Positions 25,064 through 37,034 of a DNA stretch of 64,000 bases are shown one piece after another. Under the pieces are notes generated by a model. It worked only from the letters and a program-made list of their open reading frames with translations, searched no databases and was not told the origin of the DNA. A program made the position numbers and the translations under genes. The stretch is from Octopus vulgaris. Taxonomy: Eukaryota. Within the stretch, counting starts at the first letter, position 1, and the number at the start of each line of letters is the position of its first letter. The stretch is from contig OX597833.1 of the NCBI GenBank assembly GCA_951406725.2, positions 14,384,001 through 14,448,000 of the forward strand. The letters run 5' to 3'.

Positions 25064-27395
25064 TTATTCTATGTTTGACTTTTGCTTTATATTTGTACAA
25101 GTTGGCTCCAAGTCTCACCCAGAGACCTCAAGAGACAACAGGGTTGGAAGTTCATGTTGTTGTTATGCCTAGTGTGCCATATATTTGGGGGGTGGGGATG
25201 TTGTACTAATGAATGTCTAAAAATAAAAAAAATAAAAAAAAGGTTTTTTTTTTGTTTTTTTTGTTTTTTAAACCGAAAATTATGTTTGTTTTAAACCTTG
25301 AGATTACATAGAGAGTATTTTGCGTAGGATATGAGCAGTTCCCATGAGCACTATCTTTTGAACTTCTGCCATTTTTGGGTTTCCTGGTATCTGAGTTAGG
25401 TAGCTATCAGCCCCTTTTGCTATCATTCCCAGGGCACCTATGACAACAGGTATTGTTTTAGTCTTCAGCTTCCACATTTTGCTGATTTCTATTTCAAGAT
25501 CTTTATATTTGCTCAGTTTTTGGTAGGTCTTGACAGATACGTTTATATCGATTGGGACAGTCATATCAATGAGGAGGCATGTTCTTTGTTTGAAGTTTTT
25601 CAATATGATGTCTGGCCTATTTGCATCTATCTTCCTGTCAGTTTGAATGGTGAAGTTCCAGAGGAGTGAGATGTGGTCATTTTCAAGCACTGGGGGTGGT
25701 TTGTGTTCCCACCAGTTTTTTTCATGGGGCAAATCCAGGTTTTTACAGATTACCCAGTGAATATATTGTGCAGCTCTATCGTGCCTGTTGAGATACTCTG
25801 TAGGCGCTAGAAGACTGCACTTGGAGACCACATGGTCAATGGTTTCATTTTGTTGCTTGCATACACGACACGTTGGACTGCTTCTGATCTTTAATATGTT
25901 GGCCTGGTAGTTTCTTGTTGGTAGGCATTGATCTTGAGCTGCTATGATAAACCCCTCTGTTTCAGATTTTAAGCCAGAGGCCATTAGCCATTGATGGGTC
26001 AGGGCTTTGTCGATATCTGCATTATTCGCTCTCTTTGGGTATTTGCCATAGAGAGGTTTTTCTTGCCATTTATTATTCAGAATATCTAAGGCCGCAGTTT
26101 TGGCACGGGTTTTCATGCGCCTAGCTTTTTCTGTGCTTGTTTCTTGTATATCTATCTCCGAAATTGGTTGTATTCGGAATTCACTTAGATATTCCTTTGC
26201 CTGTTTTGTGACTGAGTATGATGCTTTCTTGTTTTCATGTTTTGAGACAAGTTTTAGCATCCAGTCCTCAGAGTTTTTCAGGTAGGTGTCTAGGCCAATT
26301 GTAGCAATCTTCATTGTTATTGCCAGTTGCAAAAGACCACGGCCTCCCTCTTTTCTTGGCAGATAGAGTCGTTCTGTATCTGCCTTAGGGTGGTGCATTC
26401 TATGCATTGTCAACAGTTTCCTTATTTTTCTGTCGAGCTGACATATTTCAGTAATTGACCAGTTAACAATATTGAAACTGTAAGTCACGACTGGTATAGC
26501 TAATGCATTGATTGCTTCGATCCTGTTTCTTGCATTCAGCTCTGTCTTGAGTATTGCTCTCACTCTTCGATAGCATTCTCTCCTGATCCTTTCCTTCATC
26601 TCTGAATGCCTTATTCCGTTCCCTTCAATTATCCCTAGGTACTTGTAGCTCTCCGCTGGGTCTAGTTCTTTTATGACATTCTGTTGGTCAAGGTTAACGT
26701 TAGATGTTTCTGTCATTTTTCCTTTGATAAAGGTAGCCTTTGCACATTTATCGAGGCCGAATTGCATTCTGATGTCGTCACTGAATTGTTTGACTATCGC
26801 TAGTAAGCCCTTGAGTTGTTGATCATTTTTTGCAAAAAGCTTTAAATCATCCATGTAAACGAGATGATTTATATTTTTATCAAACATTTTATACCCGTAC
26901 TGCGCGTCATTGAGCAGCTTTGAGAGAGGTATTAAGGATAAACAAAAGAGGAGTGGTGACAGTGAGTCACCCTGGAAAATGCCACACGAAATTTTTACAT
27001 CACCAGCATTTAGGAATTCACTGTCACTGTTCAGAGTTAGTGTGGTTCTCCATGATCTCATACTTACAGTCAAGAAGTTTCGCAGAGTTGGTGCTATCTT
27101 ATACATTTCAAGGCATTTTCTAATCCAGCTATGTGGTAGGCTATCAAAAGCCTTTTTATAGTCTATCCAGGCTATTGATAAGTTTTTGTGTCGTTTGTGA
27201 CAATCTTCTAAGATCATCTTATTGATGAGTAGTTGGTCTTTACAGCCGTAGGATCCACGTTTACATCCTTTCTGTTCATTAGGGAATATGCTGCTGTCTG
27301 TTAAAAAACTATAGGTATATTCCGTCAGGACAGATGTTAGTGTTTTGTACATAGTTGTTAAGCAAGTTATGGGTCTATAGTTTTTTGGTTCATTT
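25064..27395 (-). mobile_element. R4/Dong-like LINE insertion (3' ~2.3 kb) flanked by (TAA)n
   Basis: ORF plus ~240 bp 3' UTR ending in a short (TAA)n run. The 5' truncation point abuts a long TAA/TAG microsatellite. Confidence 0.9.
25304..27394 (-). CDS. 5'-truncated ORF of an R4/Dong-like (R2 superfamily) non-LTR retrotransposon: RT + CCHC zinc knuckle + restriction-like endonuclease
   Basis: Uninterrupted frame, extending upstream of the listed Met as NEPKNYRPITCLTTMYK. RT motifs AWIDYKKAFDS, GIFQGDSLSPLLF, YMDD, YKYLG; CCHC CRVC..ETIDHVVSKC; RLE motifs RHD, RPDII, IDMTVP, KLSKYKDL. Confidence 0.95.
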   Translation of the reverse strand, partial: NEPKNYRPITCLTTMYKTLTSVLTEYTYSFLTDSSIFPNEQKGCKRGSYGCKDQLLINKMILEDCHKRHKNLSIAWIDYKKAFDSLPHSWIRKCLEMYKIAPTLRNFLTVSMRSWRTTLTLNSDSEFLNAGDVKISCGIFQGDSLSPLLFCLSLIPLSKLLNDAQYGYKMFDKNINHLVYMDDLKLFAKNDQQLKGLLAIVKQFSDDIRMQFGLDKCAKATFIKGKMTETSNVNLDQQNVIKELDPAESYKYLGIIEGNGIRHSEMKERIRRECYRRVRAILKTELNARNRIEAINALAIPVVTYSFNIVNWSITEICQLDRKIRKLLTMHRMHHPKADTERLYLPRKEGGRGLLQLAITMKIATIGLDTYLKNSEDWMLKLVSKHENKKASYSVTKQAKEYLSEFRIQPISEIDIQETSTEKARRMKTRAKTAALDILNNKWQEKPLYGKYPKRANNADIDKALTHQWLMASGLKSETEGFIIAAQDQCLPTRNYQANILKIRSSPTCRVCKQQNETIDHVVSKCSLLAPTEYLNRHDRAAQYIHWVICKNLDLPHEKNWWEHKPPPVLENDHISLLWNFTIQTDRKIDANRPDIILKNFKQRTCLLIDMTVPIDINVSVKTYQKLSKYKDLEIEISKMWKLKTKTIPVVIGALGMIAKGADSYLTQIPGNPKMAEVQKIVLMGTAHILRKILSM

Positions 27396-27428
27396 TATTA
27401 TTATTATTATTACTAGTACTACTACTAC

Positions 27429-27491
<63 letters not shown>

Positions 27492-27506
27492 TACTACTAC
27501 TACTAC

Positions 27507-27569
<63 letters not shown>

Positions 27570-27578
27570 TACTACTAC

Positions 27579-27611
<33 letters not shown>

Positions 27612-27676
27612 TACTACTACTACTATTATTATTATTATTGTTGTTGTTGTTGTTGTTGTTATTATTATTATTATTG
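27396..27676. repeat. (TAT)n/(TAC)n microsatellite (continues at 28216-28570)
   Basis: Direct inspection. Confidence 0.97.
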
Positions 27677-28215
27677 AGTGAGAGAGCAGTTCATGCCATC
27701 AAAGTGACACTGGGGTAAAATATACGAAGCCCAGTACACCCATCATGACTACCCGTCTGACAAAGGTACACCTGGCACATGCATCACAACCATATCTGCG
27801 CGACATGGTGATCTCATATCAAGATAAACAGCACATGACCTTGCAGGTGGGGCCCAGTTAGAATTTTCTTCAGGTTGAGTAGCCCATCCCGCTCAAACGG
27901 TCCCTGAATAAGTGTTGTTTAAGGATGTTGAAAGAACCACCCATGTTTCCAAAGGTGAACTATTCAAACCCCAAAGAATCCCTCTCAACACATGGCTATG
28001 ATGCCCCCCCCACTACTTCTGCTCGTGATCAGAGATGCACATATCGTCAGCCACTAAGGGACATGCTCAACTGGTTATGGTCAAACAACTGACAAGCAAA
28101 TCTGTGGTATTGAGCAGAATATTTGCTGTAGCCCATCTTTTATACCAAGACAAAACAATGTACATGATAACACTTCCAATCAGTTAAGATCAGAAGCCAT
28201 GAGAGCCACTGCCTG
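27677..28215 (-). mobile_element. Non-coding element embedded in a (TAA)n tract, probably a LINE 3' UTR or a non-autonomous TAA-targeting retroposon
   Basis: ~540 bp of complex sequence bounded on both sides by pure ATT/TAA repeats; no ORF. Confidence 0.5.
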
Positions 28216-28219
28216 ATTA

Positions 28220-28280
<61 letters not shown>

Positions 28281-28372
28281 TATTATTATTACTATTATTG
28301 TTGTTGTTGTTGTTTTGTTATTATTATTATTATTACTATTATTATTACTATTATTATTATTATTATTATTAC

Positions 28373-28403
<31 letters not shown>

Positions 28404-28475
28404 GCTGTTTTGTTATTATTATTATTATTGTTGTTGTTGTTGTTGTTGTTATTATTATTATTAATATTGTTGTTC

Positions 28476-28525
<50 letters not shown>

Positions 28526-29086
28526 GCTGTTGTTCCTGTTGTTGTTGTAGTTGATTTTGCTATTACTATTATTGCATAGCATATATATATATGCGTGATT
28601 TAATGTAACGGGTCTATACAGAGAAAATTGCAAGCGTTATCACTCATTTCACACAATCATTTATGGAAAAGGTGGCAAAAACGTATTCTTTTCCTATATT
28701 ATGGTTGTCATATCATATTTGAGAAAATTGATAATGAAGACCTATATTGAATTAACAAGTAGACATTCAAAATACTATATATCTTGGCATTTCTGATCTA
28801 GATGCTCACCGTAATTCTGCTGCTACTCTTTACCTACTGAGTCATCGAAGGAGACAGTTCATGTTTATTTGACATGTTCGACACGCTAGAAATAACTGTG
28901 AACTCAGAATGAGTTTACATTGCGCAGTTTTAAACAAAAGAAACTCTAAATGATATAGAAATAATTGTATATTACCAAACTGAAGAGGGTTGTCGTGTTT
29001 GAAATGTTTTTTTAAAATTTATAATAAGTCTGTCCGATCTGATTTAATCTACGGTTGTACTACAACAGTATTAGTTTCAACATGGA

Positions 29087-29470
29087 TGGAAGCACTCCGT
29101 CGGTTACGACGACGAGGGCTCCGGTTGATCCGAATCAACGGAACAGCCTGCTCGTGAAATTAACGTGTAAGTGGCTGAGCACTCCACAGACACGTGTACT
29201 CTTAACGTAGTTCTCAGGGATATTCAGCGTGACACAGAGAGTGACAAGGCCGGCCCTTTGAAATACAGGTACAACAGAAACAGGAAGTAAGAGTGAAAGA
29301 AAGTTGTGGTGAAAGAGTACAGCAGGGATCACCACCCTCCCCTGCCGGAGCCTCGTGGAGCTTTAGGTGTTTTCGCTCAATAAACACTCACAACGCCCGG
29401 TCTGGGAATCGAAACCGTGATCCTACGACCGCGAGTCCGCTGCTCTAACCACTGGGCCATTGCGCCTCCA
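29087..29470 (-). mobile_element. SINE family C
   Basis: Near-identical to 19315-19697; TSD agtttcaacat. Confidence 0.9.
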
Positions 29471-29544
29471 GTTTCAACATAAAACAACAAAAAAACAACA
29501 GGAGCAACGGCAATAAGAACAACAACAACGACAACTATTTCCTC

Positions 29545-30127
29545 GTAGGAATGGGTGTGTAGTTAAGAAGATTACTCTCACTGTGCACTACTTTAGGCAA
29601 GTGTCATCTGCCTCTAGCTCGGGATAAAGACTTCTGTGTGGATTAGAGAGAAATCGATCAATGGAAATTGCAGATGTGTTACCAGTGCCGGTGGCATGTA
29701 AGAGAACCTTGCGTTTCGCGACCGTTGCCAGCACTGGCCTCGTGCCGATGGCACGTAAAAAGCACCATCCGTTCGTGTCCGTTGCCAGCCTCGCCTGGCC
29801 CTCGTGCCAGTGGCACATAAAAAGCACCATCCGTTCGTGGCCGTTGCCAGCTTCGCCTGGCCCTCGTGCCGGTGGCACATAAAAAGCACCATCCGTTCGT
29901 GGCCGTTTGCCGGCTCTGTCTGGCACCTGTGCGGGTGGCACGTAAAAAGCACCCACTACACTCACGGAGTGTATGGCGTTAGGAAGGGCATCCAGCCGTA
30001 GAAACACTGCCAGATCAGACTGGGCCTGATGAAGCCTTCTGGCTTCACAGACCCCAGTAGAACCGTCCAACCCATGCTAGCATGGAAAACGGACGCTAAA
30101 CGATGATGATGATGATGATGATGATGA
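29545..30127 (+). mobile_element. CORE-like SINE with internal ~61 bp GC-rich minisatellite and (GAT)n tail
   Basis: ggcaagtgtcatct segment; repeats of gtgccggtggcacgtaaaaagcaccatccgttcgtggccgttgccagc at 29684-29952; tail aggaagggcatccagccgtagaaac...aaacgatgatgat. Confidence 0.78.
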
Positions 30128-30417
30128 TATATATATATATATACGTTTATATATTTGTTGTGCAAGATTTTTTATGTGAAGTCGTGTGTTGAAACAGATA
30201 TTGTTATATTTCGGAATGGTCATTATCAATTTTCTCAAATATGATATGACAACCACAATATAGGAAAAGAATAAGTTTTTGCCACCTTTTTCCATAAATG
30301 ATTGTGTGAAATGAGTGATAACACTTGCAATTTTCTCTGTATAGACCCGTTAGATTAAATCACGCATATATATATATGCTATGCAATAATAGTAATAGCA
30401 AAATCAACAACAACAGC

Positions 30418-30476
<59 letters not shown>

Positions 30477-30580
30477 TGATGATGATGATGATGATAAATA
30501 ACACTGAAGCAAAATAACACCAAATATATAGTGCGTGTGTTTTTATTGGCTAAACTGGCAAAATGACCATTCCAAAATAT

Positions 30581-30646
<66 letters not shown>

Positions 30647-30824
30647 AGGGCTTAGTAAAATAAATTACTTTGCCACATACTGAACTCATTAGAAATAGCA
30701 GCTAAAGAAATTTCTTCAGCTATTTCTAATACTTAAAGAAGATCTCTCTCAGATAGTGTTTGCCTAAACTAACTCACAAAAGTATGGGGGAAAAAACATC
30801 AAAAAATCAAGTGCAAAGGTTATT

Positions 30825-30876
30825 TGAGAACGTACGTTTCTAGATTAGTCAATTCGACATTTCTTTCTTCAGCTCA
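30825..30876 (-). ncRNA. Type I minimal hammerhead motif (inverted twin of 31397-31448)
   Basis: Exact reverse complement of the plus-strand motif. Confidence 0.7.
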
Positions 30877-31396
30877 GAATTCCTTGAATCGGATTTGGGA
30901 ACACTGAAAGTCGGGAGCATACCCTTTCGGCTTCTAATCACCTCTAGAATTCTGCTCAAACTAAAAGTGCTATCAAATTCGAATATGCAAGCGAAGAATT
31001 TCTGCTCTCCCCTTTCCACCAGCGTGGGTTAAAGTTGACAAACACCAAGTATTAACGGTGAAAACCGCAGCATTTAGCAATTTAACAGAGAGAGATGAAT
31101 TATAATTTCAACAATTGAGGGTAAAATTAATTAATTATTAATCAATTTCACCAAGTATTCAGTATGTAAAGGGACCATTATAGGCGAATTCAAAATATTA
31201 CATTATATATAAGGGCTTAGTAAAATAAATTACTTTGCCACATACTGAACTCATTAGAAAGGGGAGAGCAGAAATTCTTCGCTTGCATATTCGAATTTGA
31301 TAGCACTTTTAGTTTGAGCAGAATTCTAGAGGTGATTAGAAGCCGAAAGGGTATGCTCCCGACTTTCAGTGTTCCCAAATCCGATTCAAGGAATTC

Positions 31397-31448
31397 TGAG
31401 CTGAAGAAAGAAATGTCGAATTGACTAATCTAGAAACGTACGTTCTCA
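31397..31448 (+). ncRNA. Type I minimal hammerhead motif
   Basis: UGAG-CUGAAGA-aAGA...UCUa-GAAAC-GUAC-GUU-CUCA; A.A mismatch at the base of stem II. Confidence 0.7.
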
Positions 31449-31726
31449 AATAACCTTTGCACTTGATTTTTTGATGTTTTTCCCCCATACTTTTGTGAGT
31501 TAGTTTAGGCAAACACTATCTGAGAGAGATCTTCTTTAAGTATTAGAAATAGCTGAAGAAATTTCTTTAGCTGCTATTTCTAATGAGTTCAGTATGTGGC
31601 AAAGTAATTTATTTTACTAAGCCCTTATATATAATGTAATATTTTGAATTCGCCTATAATGGTCCCTTTACATACTGAATACTTGGTGAAATTGATTAAT
31701 AATTAATTAATTTTACCCTCAATTGT

Positions 31727-31787
<61 letters not shown>

Positions 31788-31792
31788 ATATA

Positions 31793-32260
31793 AAAGAATA
31801 CAGTGTACATTCAAACACATAAGAGATAGCTCCCAAAATGGGATATCTGACTCACTAGAAAGAGCAGTTAAACTCCAAGCCACTAATGGTTGTAATTCTG
31901 AAAGTGAATGAAAAATAACTGAAGAAGCAGCGCCAGATATAAATTGGAATTATTTTATTTCAGTCTATCTTTAAGTCTGCAGAAACTATGCATAGTCTAG
32001 GACAATAGGGTCAATTTTTTTAATTTTTCATTAACTTTCAGAATTACAACAATTAGTAGCTTGAAGTTTAACTGTTCTTTCTAGCGAGTCAGATATCCTA
32101 TTCTTCGGGTATCTCTTTTGTGTTTGAATGTACACTGTATTCTTCTCTGAATAATGTATAGTCTATTGACTAATTTTTTTCCTTCTCGCTAGACCACTGG
32201 TAACATAGAATTTTTTCGATAAATATTCTTGCTACCCTAAGATTTTAATTAATTATATAA
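31793..32260. mobile_element. Fold-back PLE-like element
   Basis: ~120 bp imperfect inverted arms (31794-31915 vs 32024-32144) around a hammerhead motif; follows (TA)n. Confidence 0.7.
31915..32001 (+). ncRNA. Hammerhead motif with longer palindromic stem III and decayed stem I
   Basis: CUGAAGA-aGCAG...CUGCa-GAAAC-UAUGCAUA-GUC, located in the spacer of a fold-back. Confidence 0.55.
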
Positions 32261-32463
32261 TATAAAAGGTACACACTTAATTGTAGACTTCCTTCCTTCC
32301 TTCTTTCCTTCCTTCCCCTGTTCTATCTATTCCTCTCTGCTGCTGCTGCTCTCTCTCTCCCTCTCATCATCCTCCTTCCCTTCTATCTGCTATCCACACG
32401 TAACCCTTGACTGATTTTCTGTCGTCTGCTTTTTCGCTATATATGAGGGAGTGACTGTGTGTG

Positions 32464-32497
<34 letters not shown>

Positions 32498-32852
32498 GGG
32501 GATTTCTGTCTGTGTGTCGGTGCGGTTTTTTAAAAAAAATATATTACCACAAACTCATGAAAACCTTTCTCAGTTTGTTTACGTCGACGTGAATTAGCAG
32601 TTCGATAGTCAAAAGCAACGGAATAAATGCCAGACTAAACATGTAAAAAAAATTGTAGAGTCGTACCGTTCGTCAAAACACGTCCAAGCGTTGCACCAGC
32701 AGGGTCGTTGTCTGGTGACTGAAGCACCAGCATGGTCGTTGTCTAGTGACTGAAGCAAGTCAACAATATATCCCCTTGGTATGCCCTATCCTCAATGAAT
32801 TCTTTCTGTTTTTCTTACCATTTCTATTACAATTATGACATCACTAATATGT

Positions 32853-33637
32853 GTTTCTTTATTACCCACAAGGGGCTACACACAGAGGGGACAAACAAGG
32901 ACAGACAAACGGATTAAGTCGATTACATCGACCCCAGTGCGTAACTGGTACTTAATTTATCGATACCGAAAGGATGAAAGGCAAAGTCGACCTCGGCGGA
33001 ATTTGAACTCAGAACGTAGCGGCAGAAGAAATACCTATTTTTTTACTACCCACAAGGGACTAAACATAGAGGGGACAAACAAGGACAGACAAACGGATTA
33101 AGTCGATTACATCGACCCCAGTGCGTAACTGGTCCTTAATTTATCGACCCCGAAAGGATGAAAGGCAAAGTTGACCTCGGCGGAATTTGAACTCAGAACG
33201 TAGCGGCAGACGAAATACCTATTTTTTTACTACCCACAAGGGGCTAAACATAGAGGGGACAAACAGGGACAGACAAACGGATTAAGTCGATTACATCGAC
33301 CCCAGTGCGTAACTGGTGCTTAATTTATCGACCCCGAAAGGATGAAATTCAAAGTCGACCTCGGCGGAATTTGAACTCAGAACGTAGCGGCAGACAAAAT
33401 ACCTATTTCTTTACTACCCACAAGGGGCTAAACATAGAGGGGACAAACAAGGACAGACAAACGGATTAAGTCGATTACATCGACCCCAGTGCGTAACTGG
33501 TCCTTAATTTATCGATCCCGAAAGAGTGAAAGGCAAAGTCGACCTCGGCGGAATTTGAACTCAGAACGTAACGGCAGACGAAATACGGCTACGCATTACG
33601 CCCGGCGGCACGCTAACGTTTCTGCCAGCTCGCCGCC
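32853..33637 (-). mobile_element. SINE family A, four internal ~182 bp units
   Basis: One head followed by four near-identical tandem bodies. Confidence 0.9.
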
Positions 33638-34223
33638 AATGACAGAACTCTCTTCAGCGCCCTCGTTACCTGTATTCCGTGCCCTCTACGAGAAGTACTC
33701 TCATGCATAGCTTCATTTATAAACGCTCATTAAATCTGGTCCATCCGCTCATTAAATATATTGGTATCTTCAGAAAATGCTATTTCTGGTCGTCTACTCT
33801 TTCATCTTCCCCGTTCTCTTCCTATGACTTACTGTCTCCTCAGCTGTCTCGTGCATCTCACTGCCTTCTCATTAGAATATTCTGATATCTGATAAACGAA
33901 TGCTTTTAAGTACACATCGTACAAATATCAAATCATTTCAGGGAACGGAAATAAACTTACATATCAATATCATACGGTACGTTGAAGCCGTTCAATTACT
34001 TTTACATGTTCATTAGCGTTTCGTTTCGTTTTATGTACCTAAGGCCCAGAGACAGTAAAGTTATTTCTAAAACAAATACGAAAAAGAGAAAAACATCTCT
34101 TTTTTTTTTTTTTATAAAATGTCACCGGATATTAATGCGAAAAGTGAACACGCATAAATGTGCATTTCCTGAGCTCGTAGCAAAGTATGTATTTGTGCGC
34201 CGGTGTATATATGCATATGCATT

Positions 34224-34283
<60 letters not shown>

Positions 34284-34446
34284 CTGTGTGTGTGTGTGTG
34301 TGTGCTGATTTGTATGCATGGGAGAGAGGGAAAGTGATAGATAAAGAGTGAGACGAAATGTAGTAGAATGTTTTGAGGCATAATTTTGTGAATGAGCATA
34401 TATATTATAAACAAACATGCACATGCATATATATATATATATATAC

Positions 34447-34490
<44 letters not shown>

Positions 34491-34711
34491 ATATATATAT
34501 AAGTGTATATATATATATATATGTATGTACATATAAATATACACACACATATGTATATGTATACGTTTTTATAACGTATGTACATATATATTTATATATA
34601 TATGTACACACACACACATGTAAATATATGTGTCATTTTTCAATGTGTACAAAGGAAGAGATAAATATGATTTGACAAACACGTGCGTTTGACTCCATTT
34701 CTCAATTTATC

Positions 34712-34755
<44 letters not shown>

Positions 34756-34789
34756 TAATAAATGTTCACTATATATATAAATATATAAG

Positions 34790-34838
<49 letters not shown>

Positions 34839-35321
34839 AAAAGTAGTTTTAGAGACATAACCACCTTCAACTCAATCAACACGGAAAGATTTTTTACCCG
34901 ACCACTCCATAAAATGTTAAACATTAAATCTTATACTAACTATATCTTTTCTGAATCCCGTATTTTCCGTTTATAAGACTACACGCGTTTCATGTAGGTG
35001 GTTCTGTCTTTGAAACTACTTTTATATATACGAATTAAACATTGAGAGATGTTCATTTTAGTGCATCTAATTTGAATGTTACATCGTTGAAATTATGTAC
35101 CTTGAAAAGCTTGTGGAATGCATGCAAGTCAGTCGAAAAAATTGTGTATATATATATATATATATACATAAATATGAGAGAGAATCCACTATGTGGAGGC
35201 CCTTACGCTAAAAAGAGACCCGCATGAGTCTCAACCACTAAGAATTCTTCTCCAGAAAAATTTAGCACACCATGAACGTATGCGAGCAGGACAAATGAGA
35301 AATAACAAAAATATAGATTAA

Positions 35322-35396
35322 CCCCATACAATTGTTTCACTGTTAATAAATTATGCAATTTTACTTATACAATTCATCTGCAGCTCATCAGTGAGG
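35322..35396 (-). ncRNA. Type I minimal hammerhead ribozyme (canonical core)
   Basis: CCUCA-CUGAUGA-GCUG...CAGU-GAAAC-AAUU-GUA-UGGGG. Confidence 0.78.
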
Positions 35397-35430
35397 GCCG
35401 ATTAATATCCAATTTTTCACCCTCATTTTC

Positions 35431-35493
<63 letters not shown>

Positions 35494-36072
35494 ATATATA
35501 TACACACACACTATTTTTTCGAATGGTCTTTCCACAAGTTTTTAAAGGTACATAATGTTAACGATGTCTCATAGTCTTGCGTAAAGAAAATCAATACTAA
35601 TATTGTAATCCACAACCAATGATATGCATCTGCACAAACCCCATCCCTACGAACATTTTTCAGTTTTCCATGTCACTCAATTTGTTTACTATTTTCCGTC
35701 TATAATGTTTACTGATTTTCTTTTTTAGCCCCTTGATTAGGAAGCTGAGAAAATACACACATAATGCTCTCAATACAATGTGTAGCCTAGTCTATAAATC
35801 CTTCTACATCTCAGTTTTGCATTTTCAGAAATGCAAACCCTGTATGTCTGAAAAACTACATATATATGAGTCTGCCCTGTCCCCAACAAAATATGAATAA
35901 TTTCAGTCATGTATTTGATCTGCTAGACATTAAGTGACTAATCACACACTACAATGACGTTGTGCAATAAATATGCTTTTACAAAGAAGGTTTAACTGTT
36001 ATTTCTAATGTTCATCATGGACCAAATTCTTTCAATTGTAAATCATTGTCGTCTTAGATATTAAGAAACCAC

Positions 36073-36459
36073 TCTCTATATAAAGCTGAAGTTGTCTGTG
36101 TATGGCAGGGTTGGTAGCCTTCAACTAACACTGTCTCCTCCGAAACCCTGCGGTACAAGTTGACCAAAATTGAGAGTATGATAAAAGAACGTTTGCTCTT
36201 CCTTCCGTAAAAGAAAAATTCAAATCGGACCATGTTAACACCAAAAATTATTTACATCAAAACGGTGCTTTTTTTCTATGAAAATCCCTATTTTTTACGA
36301 CTTTTTGACTGCTGTGTCCCCATTTTTCGGTGTATTTCAACCAGAAAAATGTTCACTTAAAGAGAATAACAAGCTACATAATGCAAAATTTTTACTTTTC
36401 GAAAATTCCAATTCTAAAGGGTCGAAACAAACCCGAGCAACACCGGGCTATACTGCTAG
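36073..36459 (+). mobile_element. Non-autonomous Helitron
   Basis: 5' TC(TC)TATATATAAA start; 3' hairpin cccgagcaacaccggg followed by CTAG|T. Confidence 0.78.
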
Positions 36460-37034
36460 TTATGGTTAAATTTCAGTTGAGTTTATATATTTTCTGGTTT
36501 ATAAAGCAGAGCACTGAGTTGTCAAGTTATGTGGGAATGCGAAGTATAAACTCCATTAATAGATATTTCGAGTGAGTGAAAATCTTAATTGAACTAAAAA
36601 CAAATGAAATTTAATTGTTTGAATACATGAAGATGTGAGGAAGGAGACGATTAAGACGTACAAGAAGAAGACGAGAGTGAAGAAGAAGAAAGAAAGAAGG
36701 AAGAAGCAAGGAGTAAGATAAGGAGCGAATGAATTTGGAGAAAGAGTAGGTGGAGAAAAGGGATGAAGAATGAAAAAGATGACGAGAAGGAGAAGACCGA
36801 GGGAAAACTATGAAGAATAGCTCGAATAAATATTAGCAAATATCAGACAAATAAATAGTAGTTTGGTAAAATATTAATTAAACACTTAAGAATCTCCATT
36901 GAAAAATACAACGCGTATTTGGATTAGCGTTGCTCATGGTCCTCTGAAAGTGACAAATAATTCTAAAGAATGCTGACACAAATAAGTAAGCATATCTCTG
37001 TTTTGCACAGAAATTTAGAATTATTTAAAAGGAC

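Larger units (their letters stand above)
28550..30408. repeat. ~190 bp inverted repeat pair enclosing ~1.5 kb
   Basis: 28550-28737 is the near-exact reverse complement of 30220-30408. Confidence 0.88.
30640..31729. mobile_element. PLE-type non-autonomous insertion with partial tandem and long inverted copy, in (TA)n
   Basis: 31261-31632 is the near-perfect reverse complement of 30640-31011; 31205-31260 directly repeats 30640-30695; (TA)n on both sides. Confidence 0.85.

Noticed and set aside
29684-29952. CRISPR-like regularly spaced repeats
   Set aside because: The spacers are also repeated (minisatellite within a SINE); eukaryotic context, no cas genes.
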